From the NCBI RefSeq assembly GCF_009914755.1, contig NC_060926.1: DNA of 64,000 nucleotides. The stretch is one strand, 5' to 3'. The stretch is from the human T2T-CHM13v2.0 reference genome, Homo sapiens. Under the pieces are notes generated by a model, which was not told the origin of the DNA, did not search any database, and saw only the letters and a list, made by a program, of their open reading frames with translations. Numbering within the stretch: position 1 is the stretch's first letter; each line of letters opens with the position of its first letter. The translations under genes were made by a program, and so were the position numbers. Of this stretch, positions 29,644 through 49,450 are shown one piece after another.

Positions 29644-31097
29644 TAAATTCAACTGGTACCCTGGTCTATTTTCCCACTATTTAGGTTTGAACCATCTCAT
29701 AAGACTGGCCTTACCAACTCCTTGTTGGACACTGCCACTCAAATGCTACCTCAAATTAATCATTCTTTACCCAATAACTTTCATATTTCTAAAATAGTAC
29801 CTTATTTTCCCAATAAACTAAACTTAACACCACAGAGTCATCTTGGACTTCATCCTCTCCTCTGCTGCCAGCACTTGGTTCCTCGTCAAATCCAACTGAA
29901 TAATTTCCAAAGAACTCTTTCACACATACTTTCTATTTTCACTGCCACAAACTCTAGGCTTTAATTGTTCAAAAATTAGACCATTTCAATAGCCCCCCAA
30001 TGCTGCTCTACCTGATGCCTTCAGTCTTTCTCCTTCCAGCACTTTCTTAAAATAGCAGTTTCATATTAATTTTACTCAAGCACTCAGTAATTGTGTCATT
30101 CTCTAGCTCAGAAAAAGAATCTTCATTAGTTTCCCATTCCCTAAAAAACGAAAGTTAACATTTCCTATGGAGCGTTTAAAGTCTCCATAAATATGGGCCA
30201 ACTTTAATTTGTGGTTTTAATTTGCCATTAAACCTACCCTGTATGTCAACCAAATCAGTCTGCTATCCAAACTCTCTGCCTGTGCTCATGCCATTGCTTT
30301 GTATAACAAAAATAATAAAATTAATCTAAAACACAAATACATATAATTTTAAAAATATATGCTCTGAGGAGCCAAACATGAAATAGGTGTTTTATATCAC
30401 TTAGCTCTATGTGTCTCAAAAATCCTGCAAGAAGATAGTATTATCTTGTTTTTACACAGGCTTGGAAGCTTATGTAAATCTGCCAAACTCAGAAAGGCAG
30501 TTCATCTGTAAAGACAGGAAACAGAAGACCCAAAATAAAATCGATGTCTTTCTTGATCAGTACCTATCAGGCGATTGACAATGTTATGCTATGACAAACA
30601 ATTAATATATGCCATTTTAAGAATGTGAATGAAGATATTCTTAGGATAAATTCCTAGAAGTGGAGCTACTGGGTCAAACAACACATGCAACTGCAATTTT
30701 CATTGCTACTGCCATGTGGTTTTTAAATTCTCACTTTGAGCATCTCCTCCAGAAATGCTGTTGAGCTTGTGCAGTTCACCCACCTGAACATCCATGAGGT
30801 CTAATTCCCTAGGGACTTCTTGACATCTGTTTCAACCACCCAAGCCAGCTGGAGAATGTGCAAAATTATTTTGACCAGTTAAAGACTTCATTCATGAGTT
30901 GACTCCTCAGAATTAATCCTAAGCAAAAGGCTCTCTGGCTTTCTATTACTCTTTCTAGGAAACTATGACTCAGACATTAACCACACGTCACCTGGTGAAC
31001 TCCAGTGAAATCCAGAATAGTAATTCTATTTAAATTCTTCAGTGATTGGGTTCTATTATCCAGACAGCCCTCCTACAGATTAAAACTGTAAACTCTA

Positions 31098-31440
<343 letters not shown>

Positions 31441-31669
31441 AAAAACAAGTATTAAAAGCCACTGGATAGTTACCTAAAGCCAATAAAAACTGGAAGATGG
31501 CTGCCATTTGAAAGAATGAATGGTATTGGTGAGTTTCCCATCTTTACAGCTTCAATCCTGAGGGCAAGCTCCTGCCCGTGCCATGCTGGGCAGGTAAAAC
31601 TCAGATAGAAAACCCACAGTCTTGAAAAACCACAGCCCAAAAAATCCACAACAGCTGAAAGTAAAAGAA

Positions 31670-32500
31670 TTCTGGCGGTCCCTTATAAAACTAAACAAAC
31701 CCATAATCTTTGACCCAGCAATACCATTAAAATTTACCTAAGAGAAATGAAAACACATGTCCACCAAAATACTTGTATGAGAGTTCACAGCAGCTTTTTA
31801 AAACAATAACAACCATAAGCTGAAAGACCCCAGGTATCCTTTAATAGGAGCGTGGATGTACAGTTTTATATGCCTACAATGAAATACTACTCAATAATTT
31901 AAAACAAAAACAAAAACCTACGGATGGATACAACATAGATGAATCTCAAAAACTTTCACTTTGTTATACAAAATATATGATTGCATTTAATGAATTCTAG
32001 AACAATCAAAACTAATCTACAGTGGGGAAAAATCAGAGCATGGGGTGCCCTGTCGGAAGTGTGGGTTGGGCGTGTGCTGGGAAGAGGCTAAGACTTTCTA
32101 GGGTGGCAATAAGGTCTGCATCTTGACAGGAGTGAGGGTTACACAGGTGCTGCACTTGTCACAATCTGTACAATCATACAACTAAGATTTTTGTAATTCA
32201 CTGTAAATTTTAAAACACACAAAAGTAAAAAATAGTTAAAGATATGCAGTGTAGTGTCAAGAGGTGAAGTTTACTGATATCTATGATTTACTTTGAAATG
32301 CATCAGAAAAGAAGTTGGGTTTGGTTGATGAATAGAGGGGTGGAAAAATACAGGTACAGTAAATGTGGCAATATTAACTGGAGGGTACACAGGAGTGTAC
32401 GGGAGTGAACGGAGAATGAGCAGGATTGAACAGGAGTTCACTGCAAAATTATTTCAACTTTACTGTGAATTTTAAATTTTCTCAATAAAAATGCTGGGGA
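31670..32500 (+). mobile_element. Old L1M 3'-end fragment
   Basis: tttgacccagcaat...agagaaatgaaaacacatgtccac...gatgaatctcaaaa...tttctcaataaaa. Confidence 0.65.
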
Positions 32501-33295
32501 AGAAAAATGAAAGAAATCCTCCCTGAAAACTGCGTCAAATGCTTAAGCTCCCTGTCAGTTACTTATTCCCCAAAGGGGGTTTCCTAGAAGACACTTCTGG
32601 ACAAGTTATATATGCCTGGTCTCCAGCACTGCACTCAGCCAGCTGTTTCTGGCCACACTAAACCCATGGCCTCCCAGCTGCTTCAAGACTGGAAAAATCC
32701 CAGGCATCAAGTATACCACTCTCCACAGGATTTGAGATGGAAAGGAAAGGAATCTCTCTTCTCAAATCCCTAACACAATTGTTGTTGAAGTTATCTCATG
32801 ACTTTTTTTCTCCCACACAATAATCCCAGGCATTAATCTCTATAATGTGCCTAGCCCAGGGCTCTCCTAACTAACATGAATTGTAGGGAACTGATGGGAA
32901 CAGTGGAGAACATGAGTCTCCACTCTACCTCTGGGCATCAAAACTGTCTCAGCAGCCCTCACCCAGACTCAGAGATCCTAATAAAGTAGAAATCAAAACC
33001 CACACTTGGAAGTTTCTTAGTCTTGGAATCCACAAACCATATGAAGCAATATTTGACAAAATATTCAGAAAAGATGGTAAGTAAGTTTCACTGGGATGCA
33101 CAACATGTAATACTGGCTAGAGACTGAATTACATGGACGTTGCCATTAAACATAAAAAATAAATAAATAAATAAAACCTGCTCTACATTTAGCAGTGTGC
33201 ACGAATTTAATTTGTAATGCTAGTTCTCAAACCTTGAATATAAAGCATTGTCTAAACAAGTTATATGGCCAAAATCAGAGGAAATCTATGCTTAA

Positions 33296-39481
<6,186 letters not shown>

Positions 39482-40627
39482 GAAATCTATGCTTAAGCCT
39501 TCAAGCGCTAATTCTGTGCAAAGTAAGTGCCTCTGGAAAGCACTCAGATAAATTTAATTCTAGAACAAAACTCACAGAGGAAAGTTGCCCATATTATTGA
39601 TTTGGAAATCATTAGCCATTAAATCATTCATTTTGCTAAATAAATAATGACCAACTTTCTTTAGTCTCCATAAACATCTTTTCATCAACTTTATTAAAAA
39701 GTTCTATAAAGTCAGATTATGTTAGGAAGTTTAATTTGTATTATGACCTACTTCTAAACCAAAGTCAAGAATTACTTTTTTACCACAATTTTTAATCTGT
39801 GTCATTTATAACCTACATCACCCTTCAATTCTGCTGAGTTTCTGACAAATGTTTGACACTATAAAATAGCCAAAGGTAACTGTTCCAGACATATTGGCAT
39901 TATCAAAATATACAAAATGTGATAGGGAATAGGAAAATGCTTCATAAATTATAAACCCAAATGTAAATAAAAGAGATTATTATTATTAAAATCACCTCTA
40001 TATTTAATATTGATGGTATATTAATACATTTTTTAATATAAATTGTAAGTGCTCTGAAATGTTTTTATCGCTCAATGATATTTGAAATTTTTAACTCCTT
40101 AGTAGACTCAGATTCTTTCTGTGGTGAAATATTAAAATCAGATTGTCAGAAAATATAATCTCAAGAAACACCAGGGCAGACAAAAAGTCACTGCAAGCCC
40201 TTAAAATCCCATAGACATGACTAAGAACAGTACACACACTAGGATGCAGACGCACTAAGAGCATACGCTCAGTTCACTGGCCCAATGACTCCAATAGACA
40301 CACTGTACTTTCATCATGGTGAGGAGACATTCATTGTGCACCCACCACATAGAAAATCCTCACAGCTTTGAGGAAAAAAGAGTGAGAAGTAGATGTGGTA
40401 CTCAGAGTTTGAGCCTTAAGTTGAAGAGACCACACACAGCCATAAAAGACACAGGGAGCTTTCTCTGTGCTGCCTGGTGAGAAGCTCAGAGAGTTAAGTC
40501 TCAGTATGAAGAATGGACACATGAGGCTGGGGAGAACCTAATATCTGAAGTGAAACTTTCCAAACAGTCTTCACTATGGTTTCACAACTGAATTCCCTGA
40601 GGTTCTCTAGAAAAAACTTGATGTATG

Positions 40628-40909
40628 AGCCAGGTGTGCTCTGGGCGGCTGAGATGGGAAGACTGCCTGAGCCCAGGAGTTTGAGACCAGCCTGGACAAC
40701 ACGAGGAGACTCTGTCTCTGCATTAACAACAACAAAAAATTAGCTGGGCATGGTGGTGCGCACCTGTAGTTTCAGCTACTCAGGAGGCAGTGGTGGGAGG
40801 GTCACTTGTGCACAGGAGGTTGAGATTGCAGTGAGCCACAATCACGCCACTGCACTCCAGCCTGGGCGACACAGCAAGACCCTGTCTCAAAACAAACAAA
40901 CAAAAAAAC

Positions 40910-40938
<29 letters not shown>
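40628..40938 (+). mobile_element. Alu (AluJ-like, left arm partly deleted)
   Basis: Alu motifs plus (CAAAA)n tail. Confidence 0.88.
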
Positions 40939-40941
<3 letters not shown>

Positions 40942-42231
40942 GGGCCCAACTCCACAGTTTCTGAAAAAAAAAAAAAAATCACCTACAACGGATTCTAGGG
41001 CCACAATATTTCTTAAAAATTCCTAAGAGATTCTAAAGTATAACCAGGAAGGAGAACTACAGAGGTAAGTTTGAAAAAATTGTGAAATCCTAATTGGATC
41101 GAGTAAAGGGCAAGATGGTAGCGAGGACAATCATGCAGGTCAGGGGACCAGTGTGAGTGAAGGCGCACATCAGGGTGCCATCGGAGAGCAACAGCCCAGG
41201 ACAGAACATTCAGGCTATTATGCCCATTTTATAGATAAGAAAATGGAAGCAAAGAAAAATGGAATAATATTCTTCTACTTGAAATCCCTACAGCTTTTGA
41301 TAGAGGGTTCCTTCAAAATGTTTAAATTCACTCACAAAGCCTTGCATTTCTTCTCAGCCTACTATCGCTTCATCTCTCCACTGGCTGGCCACACATACCC
41401 TTCCTCTCCAGGTATTGGAATAGCCTACAAATCCCTGACAAATCATGAAGTTTTAAATCTTCTTTGCCTCTATGAATTTTATTCCCTCTTCCTAAAATAT
41501 CCCATTTCTTCTTCCTCCAAACCCATCTCTCTATCTATTTCCCCTTATTCATCCTTCCAAGTCCAAGTCAAATATCGGCTGCTTCAGAAGGCCTCTTCAC
41601 AACACCTTCTCCCTCAGCTGCCACTCTACAATTCCAGTGCCTCTGGGTTTGCCTATCATAGCGCCTGTCACTCACAAATCTGTCTCCCCAACTCTTTTAT
41701 AAGCCCGTTGAAGGCAGGGACAATGTCTCCTACTTTATATTCTAAGTTCCTAGGACAGGGCTAGCACACAGGTGGCTCGAGGACCTCTCTTTCAGTGAAT
41801 AATATCCACACAGTTAGAAAGGGAACTGGAAGAGATCCCTAGTCATCTTCAAGTATGTTTCTCCCACTCCCTAAAGCTCCACAAGAGAACGTCACTATTT
41901 GCTTTACTTCTCAAGATCATTTTGATGTCTCATCATTTAGTTATCAACTACAACAAAGATGGCTGAGCACTGTAAGGATTCTATGAAAACAGGAGGCCGA
42001 CTAACCCAGAAATATGCACCTCTCAAGGGCCTAATTGCTTACATACTCAACATTTCTCCAAAAACAGCACTAGAAAATATCAGAAGCCTTAATACACTGA
42101 GAAATCAGTTTGAGAGAGTCTACTCCAAGAAAGCAGCCATCTTTAAGACCTTTAACTATGTGCTTCCATTATTTTGCCTTTTTGTAAACCATACCTTTTA
42201 TATGAGAGGTATTCAAATTCACATACATGTA

Positions 42232-43394
42232 CAAGCATACCTCATAGATACTGTGAGTTTTGTTCCAGACTACTGCAATAAAGCAAATATTGCAATAAAC
42301 TGTATCACACAAATTATTCGGTTTCTCAGTGCATATCAAAGTTGTGTTTATACTATACTGTAGTCTATTAAGCATGCAATAACATTATGTCTAGAAAACC
42401 ATGCATATATCTTAATTTAAAAATCCTTTATTGCTAAAAAAAAAGCTAATAATCATCTGAGCGTTCAGTAAGTCCTAATCTTTTTGCAGGTGAAGGGTCT
42501 CAATGTTGATGGCTGCTGACTGATCAGGATTGTGGTTGCTGAGGGTTGTGGTGGCTGTGGCAATTTCTCAAAATGAACCAACCTCTGCTAGCTTCATACT
42601 TTTCTTCTGTAGCTTCCTTACCTCTCTCAGCCTTCACAGAATTAAAGGCAGTAAAAGGGACCTGTTCTGGATTACACTTTGGCTTAAGGGAATGTTGTGG
42701 CTGGTTTGATCTTCTATCCAGGCCACTAAAACTCTCTCCACATCAGCAATAAGGTTGTTTTGCTTTCTTATCATCTGCGTGTTCACTGGAGTGGCACTTT
42801 TAATTTCCTTCAAGAACTTTTCCTCTGCATTCACAACTTGGCTAACTATTTGGGGCAAGATGCCTAGCTTTCAGTCTTTCTCAGCTTTCAACACACCTTC
42901 CTCACTAAGCTTAATCATTTCTAGCTTTTCCTTTAGAGATATGCAACTCTTCCTTTCACTTGAATATTTATAGGCCATTATAGGGTTATTAACTTGCCTC
43001 ATTTCAATATTGTTGTGTCTCAGAGAACAGAGAGACCCAAGAAGAAGGAGAGAGATGGAAAATGGCTGGTCAGTGGAGCAGTCAAAACACACACAACATT
43101 TATCAATTAAGTTTACATCTTATATTGGTGCAGTTCATGGTGCCCCAAAACAACTGCAATAGTAACATCAAAGATCACTAATCACAAATCACCGTAACAG
43201 ATACAATAATAACGAAAAAGTTTGAAATACTGTGAGAATTATCAAAATGTGACACAGACATGAAATGAGCAGTGTTGAAAAAATGGTTCTGATAGACTTG
43301 CTTGACATAGCGTTGCCATAAACCTTCAATTTTTTATAAAGCACTGTATCTGCAAAGTGCAATACAGCACAGAACAATAAAACAAGGTATGCTC
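42232..43394 (-). mobile_element. Internally deleted Tigger1 DNA transposon
   Basis: Termini ta|caagcatacctc and aggtatgct; minus-strand peptides SERKSCISL...KLEMIKLSEEG and [26 protein letters not shown] match the Tigger1 transposase N-terminal CENP-B-type HTH; about half of full length. Confidence 0.88.
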
Positions 43395-44802
43395 ACACTT
43401 TATAGACTAAATAATAAAAATATCGTATAAACCAATGTTTGCGAATGTTTTGGTTATTACTTCAGTCCGTTATTACGCCAAATAATAGGTCCACATCCAA
43501 CCTAGTATTTTCTTAAGGTCTCAGATTCTATCTGTACAAACTACCTTGATAACCATTCATATTTAATCCATGAGCAACTGATGTAAGACAATAAAAAGAA
43601 AAGCAAGAAGTAATAAAGAATAATTAAACAGGGAAAGAGAAACATGACTATACTTTTCATATATATTCAATTTCAACTGTAATTGTAATATGTATGGTAC
43701 ATATGTAAGATGTACCATAAATTTAATAATAGCTTTTTGGAGAAGAAAAGAAACATAAATATATCCATAATTGTGATACATGCCCTGATTAGAGAAGGAT
43801 AGGTAGAAAAACATGCATCTCAGAATTGAAGAAATATGATATACTTAGTAAAAACCTCTAGTGTTCAAGGGACCCGCACAGTGGATAGGGAAGTGGTATT
43901 TGCCTCTCCTCTCTCCAGCAGCATGTGAGTACTGATTGATAGAAAAAAACATCTAAAATAAGCTATAGTATCAGCTTTTGGGGGGAATTAGCAGTTCTAT
44001 TCCCTGTATGCATTTTCCCAAATTTTACTTTACATAGGAACGTGCTCAGTTAACAGACGGCACTGCCCAGGCTTATTGGCAGTTAGAGGTGGCCAGTAAT
44101 ACAATAAAAAGTAATAAGTAATAAAATAATAAGTGCAAGCTGTGGATAGGACTTTCAAGAAAACTGCTTTTTCTTCACCCTTTTCTTCCTCGCTGACATC
44201 TGAAATATAGACAAGATAGCTGAAGTTCCAGCAGCCTTTGAATTATGAGATATTCACTAAGGATGGCAGAGCAGAGAGAGGGGGAATTCAAAGGACACAG
44301 TCAAAGAAACTATCCTAGAAACCTAAAAAGAAGGAGGCTAAAGGAAAAAAAGGTATAAATTGTAAGCTGTCTTCGGTAAACTTGCATGCCTTTAATTCTT
44401 TTCAAAAATTTCCACATGGAAAGATATTCCACCAAGCAGAAAATTCTGAAGATCAAATATGATCTACATTCTATTAAGCATAAAATCAGGAAATAAATTT
44501 TATTGAGCATTTTTTCCATTCACTAGGAGAATCACTTTACATAACTAGCCAGTTAAAGATAGGAATGATATTCATCCCTTTAAATCCTCAATTTACGTAC
44601 AAATCCTGAAAATAGCAGGTTCTCAATAAGTGTTTTAAACAAAATTAATAAATGGATGAATGAACGAATGATGATGTCAAGTTATGCAATTCAAAATTAC
44701 TGAAAAATTTCTTTTCCAAACTCTTGTTCATTCACAAATTTTTGGTTAACAATGTTCACCTAGAGTTACACACTGTCAAGGGACTAGAACCTTCTCTCTT
44801 AC

Positions 44803-44923
44803 CTTCAGTTGTTGGAAATACTTCTCCTTTATTTTTAGCCTCTGCCAATTTTCCAGTTCTCAGCAATACTTCTGCAAAGCTTTCCACTGGAACATGCTGA
44901 TAGGTGTCATAGGTCCCTTCAGA
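44803..44923 (-). CDS. NBAS: NBAS exon (probably 38), 121 nt, phase 0-1: SEGTYDTYQHVPVESFAEVLLRTGKLAEAKNKGEVFPTTE+G
   Basis: Acceptor cttcttttgtgtAG|TCT, donor AAG|GTAAGA; the leftover G completes the Val codon with TT of the next exon. Confidence 0.92.
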
Positions 44924-45251
44924 CTACACAAAAGAAGCAGTTTCACTATCTAGTAGGGTGCCTTTTGTCCTACAAACATATGCTTAGAAAACAATTATAG
45001 GATGTTATGTTTTCTGGTGACTTGAATAATAACTGCTCACAAACTAAAGCATGTTATTTTATGAAACATTTTTAAACAGATTTTAATCTCATAATGGTCA
45101 TAATATATACCAAAAAAATGTAAAAACCAATGAATAACATGAGTAAGAACCAAGACAAATAAGTATATTTTCAAGAAAATTTTAGTTTTTGTTTCTACTG
45201 TCTACAACAGCATGACAGTTAAATCTATCTTCCTAGACACGCTGTCCTTAC

Positions 45252-45365
45252 CTCAGCGACAAAAGGATTTGAGATGACAGATTCATAAAAAGGATGACAC
45301 CCTTGTTTCTCTAGATCTTCATTGGCTGTAGTTCCGATTTGATATGCACCACCACATTTTTGCCC
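45252..45365 (-). CDS. NBAS: NBAS exon (probably 37), 114 nt, phase 0-0: GQKCGGAYQIGTTANEDLEKQGCHPFYESVISNPFVAE
   Basis: Pyrimidine-rich acceptor ending tttAG|GGGCAA, donor GAG|GTAAGG; 38 open codons; not in the ORF track, read by hand. Confidence 0.92.
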
Positions 45366-46329
45366 CTAAAAAGAAAAAAAGTACAGAACAATGGATAAAA
45401 AGAAAGAGAAGGCAAGGAGGTAGAAGAAGTAAAAGCAAGGAAAGAAGGGAGAGAGGGAGGAAGAAAAGGCTGATTTCAAAAGAAACTGGTAATGCCTGCT
45501 GCATTTCCCACGACCTAAAAAGAGAGCCAGAGTCACACACATATCCGGCAGAGAATGAAGGATCATAACTACATGCTAAGAGCAGCACATCAACCCCACC
45601 CTGCAGTGCCTTTTTCTTTTCCTGGTCACTTTGACATCAATGAATTAGAAACACTGAAGCAATCGATGTTGTTCATATGGTGAGTTTTTATACTACAGTC
45701 AGAATAACCACTCGAAAACGTCATCTTGTCTGTGTTGCTGCCCTCCTTAAAAATCCTTTAGTAGCTCTGAACAAGGCAAACAACCAACAGCCGAACAACT
45801 AAACTATGTGGAACATCATTTGAGGTTGTTAAATGTTAACTAACATTAAAGGCTAACTTTCCACCTCAACCAAACTGCCTGCTTTATGCATCCTATCCGC
45901 TTCTATGTCTTTCTCTCCCACTGTGAGGGTCCTGCCATGCCGACTGCCTGGTTAGATCCTAACTTTCCTTTCAGGCCCAGTTCAGACCTTACCTGCTGAA
46001 TCCTTGACAGATGGATGCAAGATGATATATGACTGTGTCCCTTTCATGATCCCCATCTCTTTCACAACTACCACCCCACACACGGCTTTGAGACTTGTTA
46101 CCAGCACTGCAGAGTAGCAAGAACTTTAGTATGCCTAGATTATAGTTAATTATGTTTTGCTCTCTCCAAATAGATTGTAAAGCTCCTTACTGGAAGAGCC
46201 AAGTAAAAGGAATTCACCCATTCCTCCAAGGTTTATTGTGGTTACTTTATGCCAAGCATAGTCTAGGGAAACGATGAAGCTGCTGCTGCAAATGATAAAA
46301 ATTACAGCTGAGATTTAATAGCGTCTCAC

Positions 46330-47120
46330 TAAACGGCATCTTCATTTATCCAACTGTTTGGACCATTGTTCTTAGGTCTCCTCTTTCTTCCACATCCAGA
46401 CCACCAGAAGGTCTAAAAAATATATCCCATCCCCAAACCAACCTCTTCCCACTGCCTTCATCACTACCATGGTTCAAACTACCCACTTCTCTCACCGGGA
46501 GGACTGATCTCACTGTCTCTTTTCTTCTCTTTCTACAGCACTTAAATGAGCATAGTAAAAGTAAAGTTGGATCACACAATTGCATTGCTGAAATTCTCCA
46601 TAAGCTTTCCATCTTACTCAAAATCAAAATCTATAGTCGTTATCACAGTCTACATGAGGCTCTCAATGATGGGCCTCCCCACCACCTTCTGATCTCATCT
46701 CCTACCATTCTCCCCATTGTTCACTCAGCTCAGACCACACTGGCCCCTTTTATGTTCTGTGCAGATGTCAAGTGTGCTGCCCCAGTCCAGGGGAGCTAGA
46801 GTTTGTATTTGTTCTCCTTGGTTCAATCATATCTCTGCTCGAAGTGACTCCTTTTCTGAAAAACCTAACTTCTCTATCTTAATCAGAACTTCCCTCCTCA
46901 GTATTTACCCACCTTGCTTATGTTATCTCTGTCATGCTTGTTATTACCTGCCATTACATTATTATACAAATATGTATTTTCTGTGTCTCCCTCACTGACA
47001 TGTTAAGTTCCACAGGAGAAGGGAATTAGACTGAAGTGTTTCTTCACCATATTCCCAGTGATTAGGACATTTGACAGGAAAATAATGCCTAATAAGTATT
47101 TGCTGAATGAATGAATGAGA
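46330..47120 (+). mobile_element. LINE-2 3' fragment
   Basis: L2 motifs, ends aataagtatttgctgaatgaatgaatg; left boundary approximate. Confidence 0.6.
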
Positions 47121-47650
47121 TGCACATGGAGTGTTTGTTTGAGGTGAACTGCTAATAGTTGTATGTTTTTCCTCTTTGTTTTCCAGTGTGAGATTAAAGG
47201 ACTGCAGTATGAGAATGCAGAGCAAACTCAATTGCTCTACTGCCTGCCCTGACTGACTTCCAGAATGGAAGCAAGAATCTGTTCAACTGTTCTCCTTCCT
47301 GAGAGCCCCCAGTCTGCCTCCGAGCACTCTTCCTCAACTACCAGTCTGTAGAAATAATAGCAAAAGCAAGTAAGCATTGATAAAATTTTTCTTTTCATCA
47401 CACTAAATTCTGATATATAAACCGAGCCTTACCTAAATCTCTATTACTGTCCTTTGCAAGTACTCCATGGGAATATATTACATTCTATAAAAGAGATTAC
47501 TCCCTATCTGATGAGAGGCCTACATTTCTTAAGAGATTGTTTTAACAATCTAGAGAAGATAAAGATATAACAGTGAAAACAACTGAAACATTGCTAATGA
47601 ATTTATATAAACCATGCAGTTGATTTTAAAAAGAAAGATGCACTGCTTAC

Positions 47651-47818
47651 CTGAAGGGGTCGAAGGTAAGTTAAAGACTTCTTCCACCACTGCCCATCAC
47701 TGACGGCCTGCAGCACCGCTTTGGTGGTGGTTGTGGTGTTGGAAAGGACTTTCATGGTGGTAGCAGTGGTCCAGCGCAATAGGTCAGCTGAATTGCTACC
47801 TGGAACACCTACTTCATC
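47651..47818 (-). CDS. NBAS: NBAS internal coding exon (probably exon 36), 168 nt, phase 0-0: DEVGVPGSNSADLLRWTTATTMKVLSNTTTTTKAVLQAVSDGQWWKKSLTYLRPLQ
   Basis: Acceptor tttgtttctttaatacAG|GATGAA, donor CAG|GTAAGC; 56 open codons; in frame with the next exon; peptide recognised as NBAS. Exon number from memory. Confidence 0.93.
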
Positions 47819-48804
47819 CTGTATTAAAGAAACAAAATAGCAAGGGCAAAAATGCATTACCATAAGAACAGAGAAGACAGTGATAATGTGACTGCTTAAA
47901 ATGATCAGATATTAAACTTGAAGACAGACAAATTTAAAAATCCATCCAACTTTGCTTGTAACAAAATAAATGTTAAAAGAGCACTATCAACATATTGTTC
48001 CTCTCTCAATCATTTGCCAAAAAATAAAAATAGAATTGGGAAAAGAGAAAAACCCCATAGTGTATTAAATAATCCCTCAGAAGTACTTATAAAGCAAATA
48101 ATTGGTATTTTATTTTTTACCAATCTAATATCCTAACCATGAGATACTCATATTTGTTTCCTTGACAATACATTTTGAAGTATTTATTATTTAATTAAGA
48201 AATAAATTATTCATCTGAATAATGCCACTGTGACCCAGAAAGAAGTAGAACATTCAGACAATCAACCTTTAACTATTAAAAGGCATGTTTCCCATCTAAA
48301 CAAGTAGGTAATTAATAGTGTTTGATGGGTTTATAATGTGTACGGTACCTCCTGCCAATCTTGAAGCAATCAGCTGAAATTCTCACTCTCCATTTACTAA
48401 TCTGAGAGATTCCACGAGGAGAAAATGTCAATACATTAATTACAGTCTTTTAAACAGAAAGGATGAAGACCATATCTGCATTTAGTCAAAGAAAAATATT
48501 ATTTGTTCTATAACTTCCTAGTTTAGTGTCTATCCACTTCCACTTACTATTTTTTTCTTAAGAATCTCAGTTAAACAGAAGAAAACCTTAAGGCTTAGTT
48601 TATCAATACCAATAGCTTGTTGTGATCACAGAAGGATAACGTAATAGCTTAGTTTGGCTACTTAGATCTATATCATGTTATTCATTAAGACACAATGTAA
48701 GTAATAATAAAGTAATAAATCATGTAATCAATTAATTACCCGGGCATCATCACATAACAAATACTTAAAACTCACTCTTTTAGATCAAGCTGACAGTTGC
48801 CATA

Positions 48805-49450
48805 TATGGTAAGTAGAATTATGGGCCCCCAATGATAGCCATATCCTAATCCCTAGAACCTGTGACTATGTAACATGCCATGGCAAAGAAAATTTGTAGG
48901 TGTGATTAACAGTACAGACCTCGAAGTGAGGAGATTATCCTGAATTATCTGAGTAGGACCAAGCTAATCACAAGAGCCCTTAAAGCAGAGGATATTTCTC
49001 AATAAGGATCAGGGAGAGTGAGTGTCAGAGATAAGCCATGAAGGAAGAGGCAGGAGAGATTTGAAGCAGGAGGGAACTCAACCCACAGTTGTTGGCTTTG
49101 AAGAGGAAGAAAGGGAACCACAGGCCAAAGAATGTAGGCAGCCTGTAGACACTGAGAACAGCCATCAGGCGACATCCAGCAAGATAATGCAGACCTCAGT
49201 CCTACAATCATGAGGAATTAAATCTACCAACACCATGAATGAGCACAGAAACAAGATCTTCTCCAGAGCCTCTGGAAAAGAACACAGCCTTGTCGGCACC
49301 TTGATTTTGGCCTTGTGTGGCTCTAAGAAGAGATTCAACCAAGTCTGTCAAATTTCTGTCACATGGGAATGGTAAAATAATCAACTGTATTGTTCTAAAG
49401 CTGCAAAGTTTGTGGTAATATACAACAGCAGCAACAGAAAACAAATATAT
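48805..49450 (+). mobile_element. MLT1 (D/E-like) MaLR LTR
   Basis: cctaatccctagaacctgtga...ggagattatcctg...gtttgtggtaat...cagcagcaacagaaaacaaata. Confidence 0.75.

Noticed and set aside
41153-41764. 203-aa + strand ORF
   Set aside because: Non-ATG start, runs through MIR/L2-like debris, no recognisable domain, antisense within an intron.
42634-43092. Transposase-like ORFs suggesting a TIGD-type domesticated gene
   Set aside because: Frameshifted remnants in an internally deleted Tigger1 lacking most of the catalytic region.
45344-45568. Basic, NLS-like 74-aa ORF antisense to an exon
   Set aside because: Complement of the intron's polypyrimidine-rich acceptor region.
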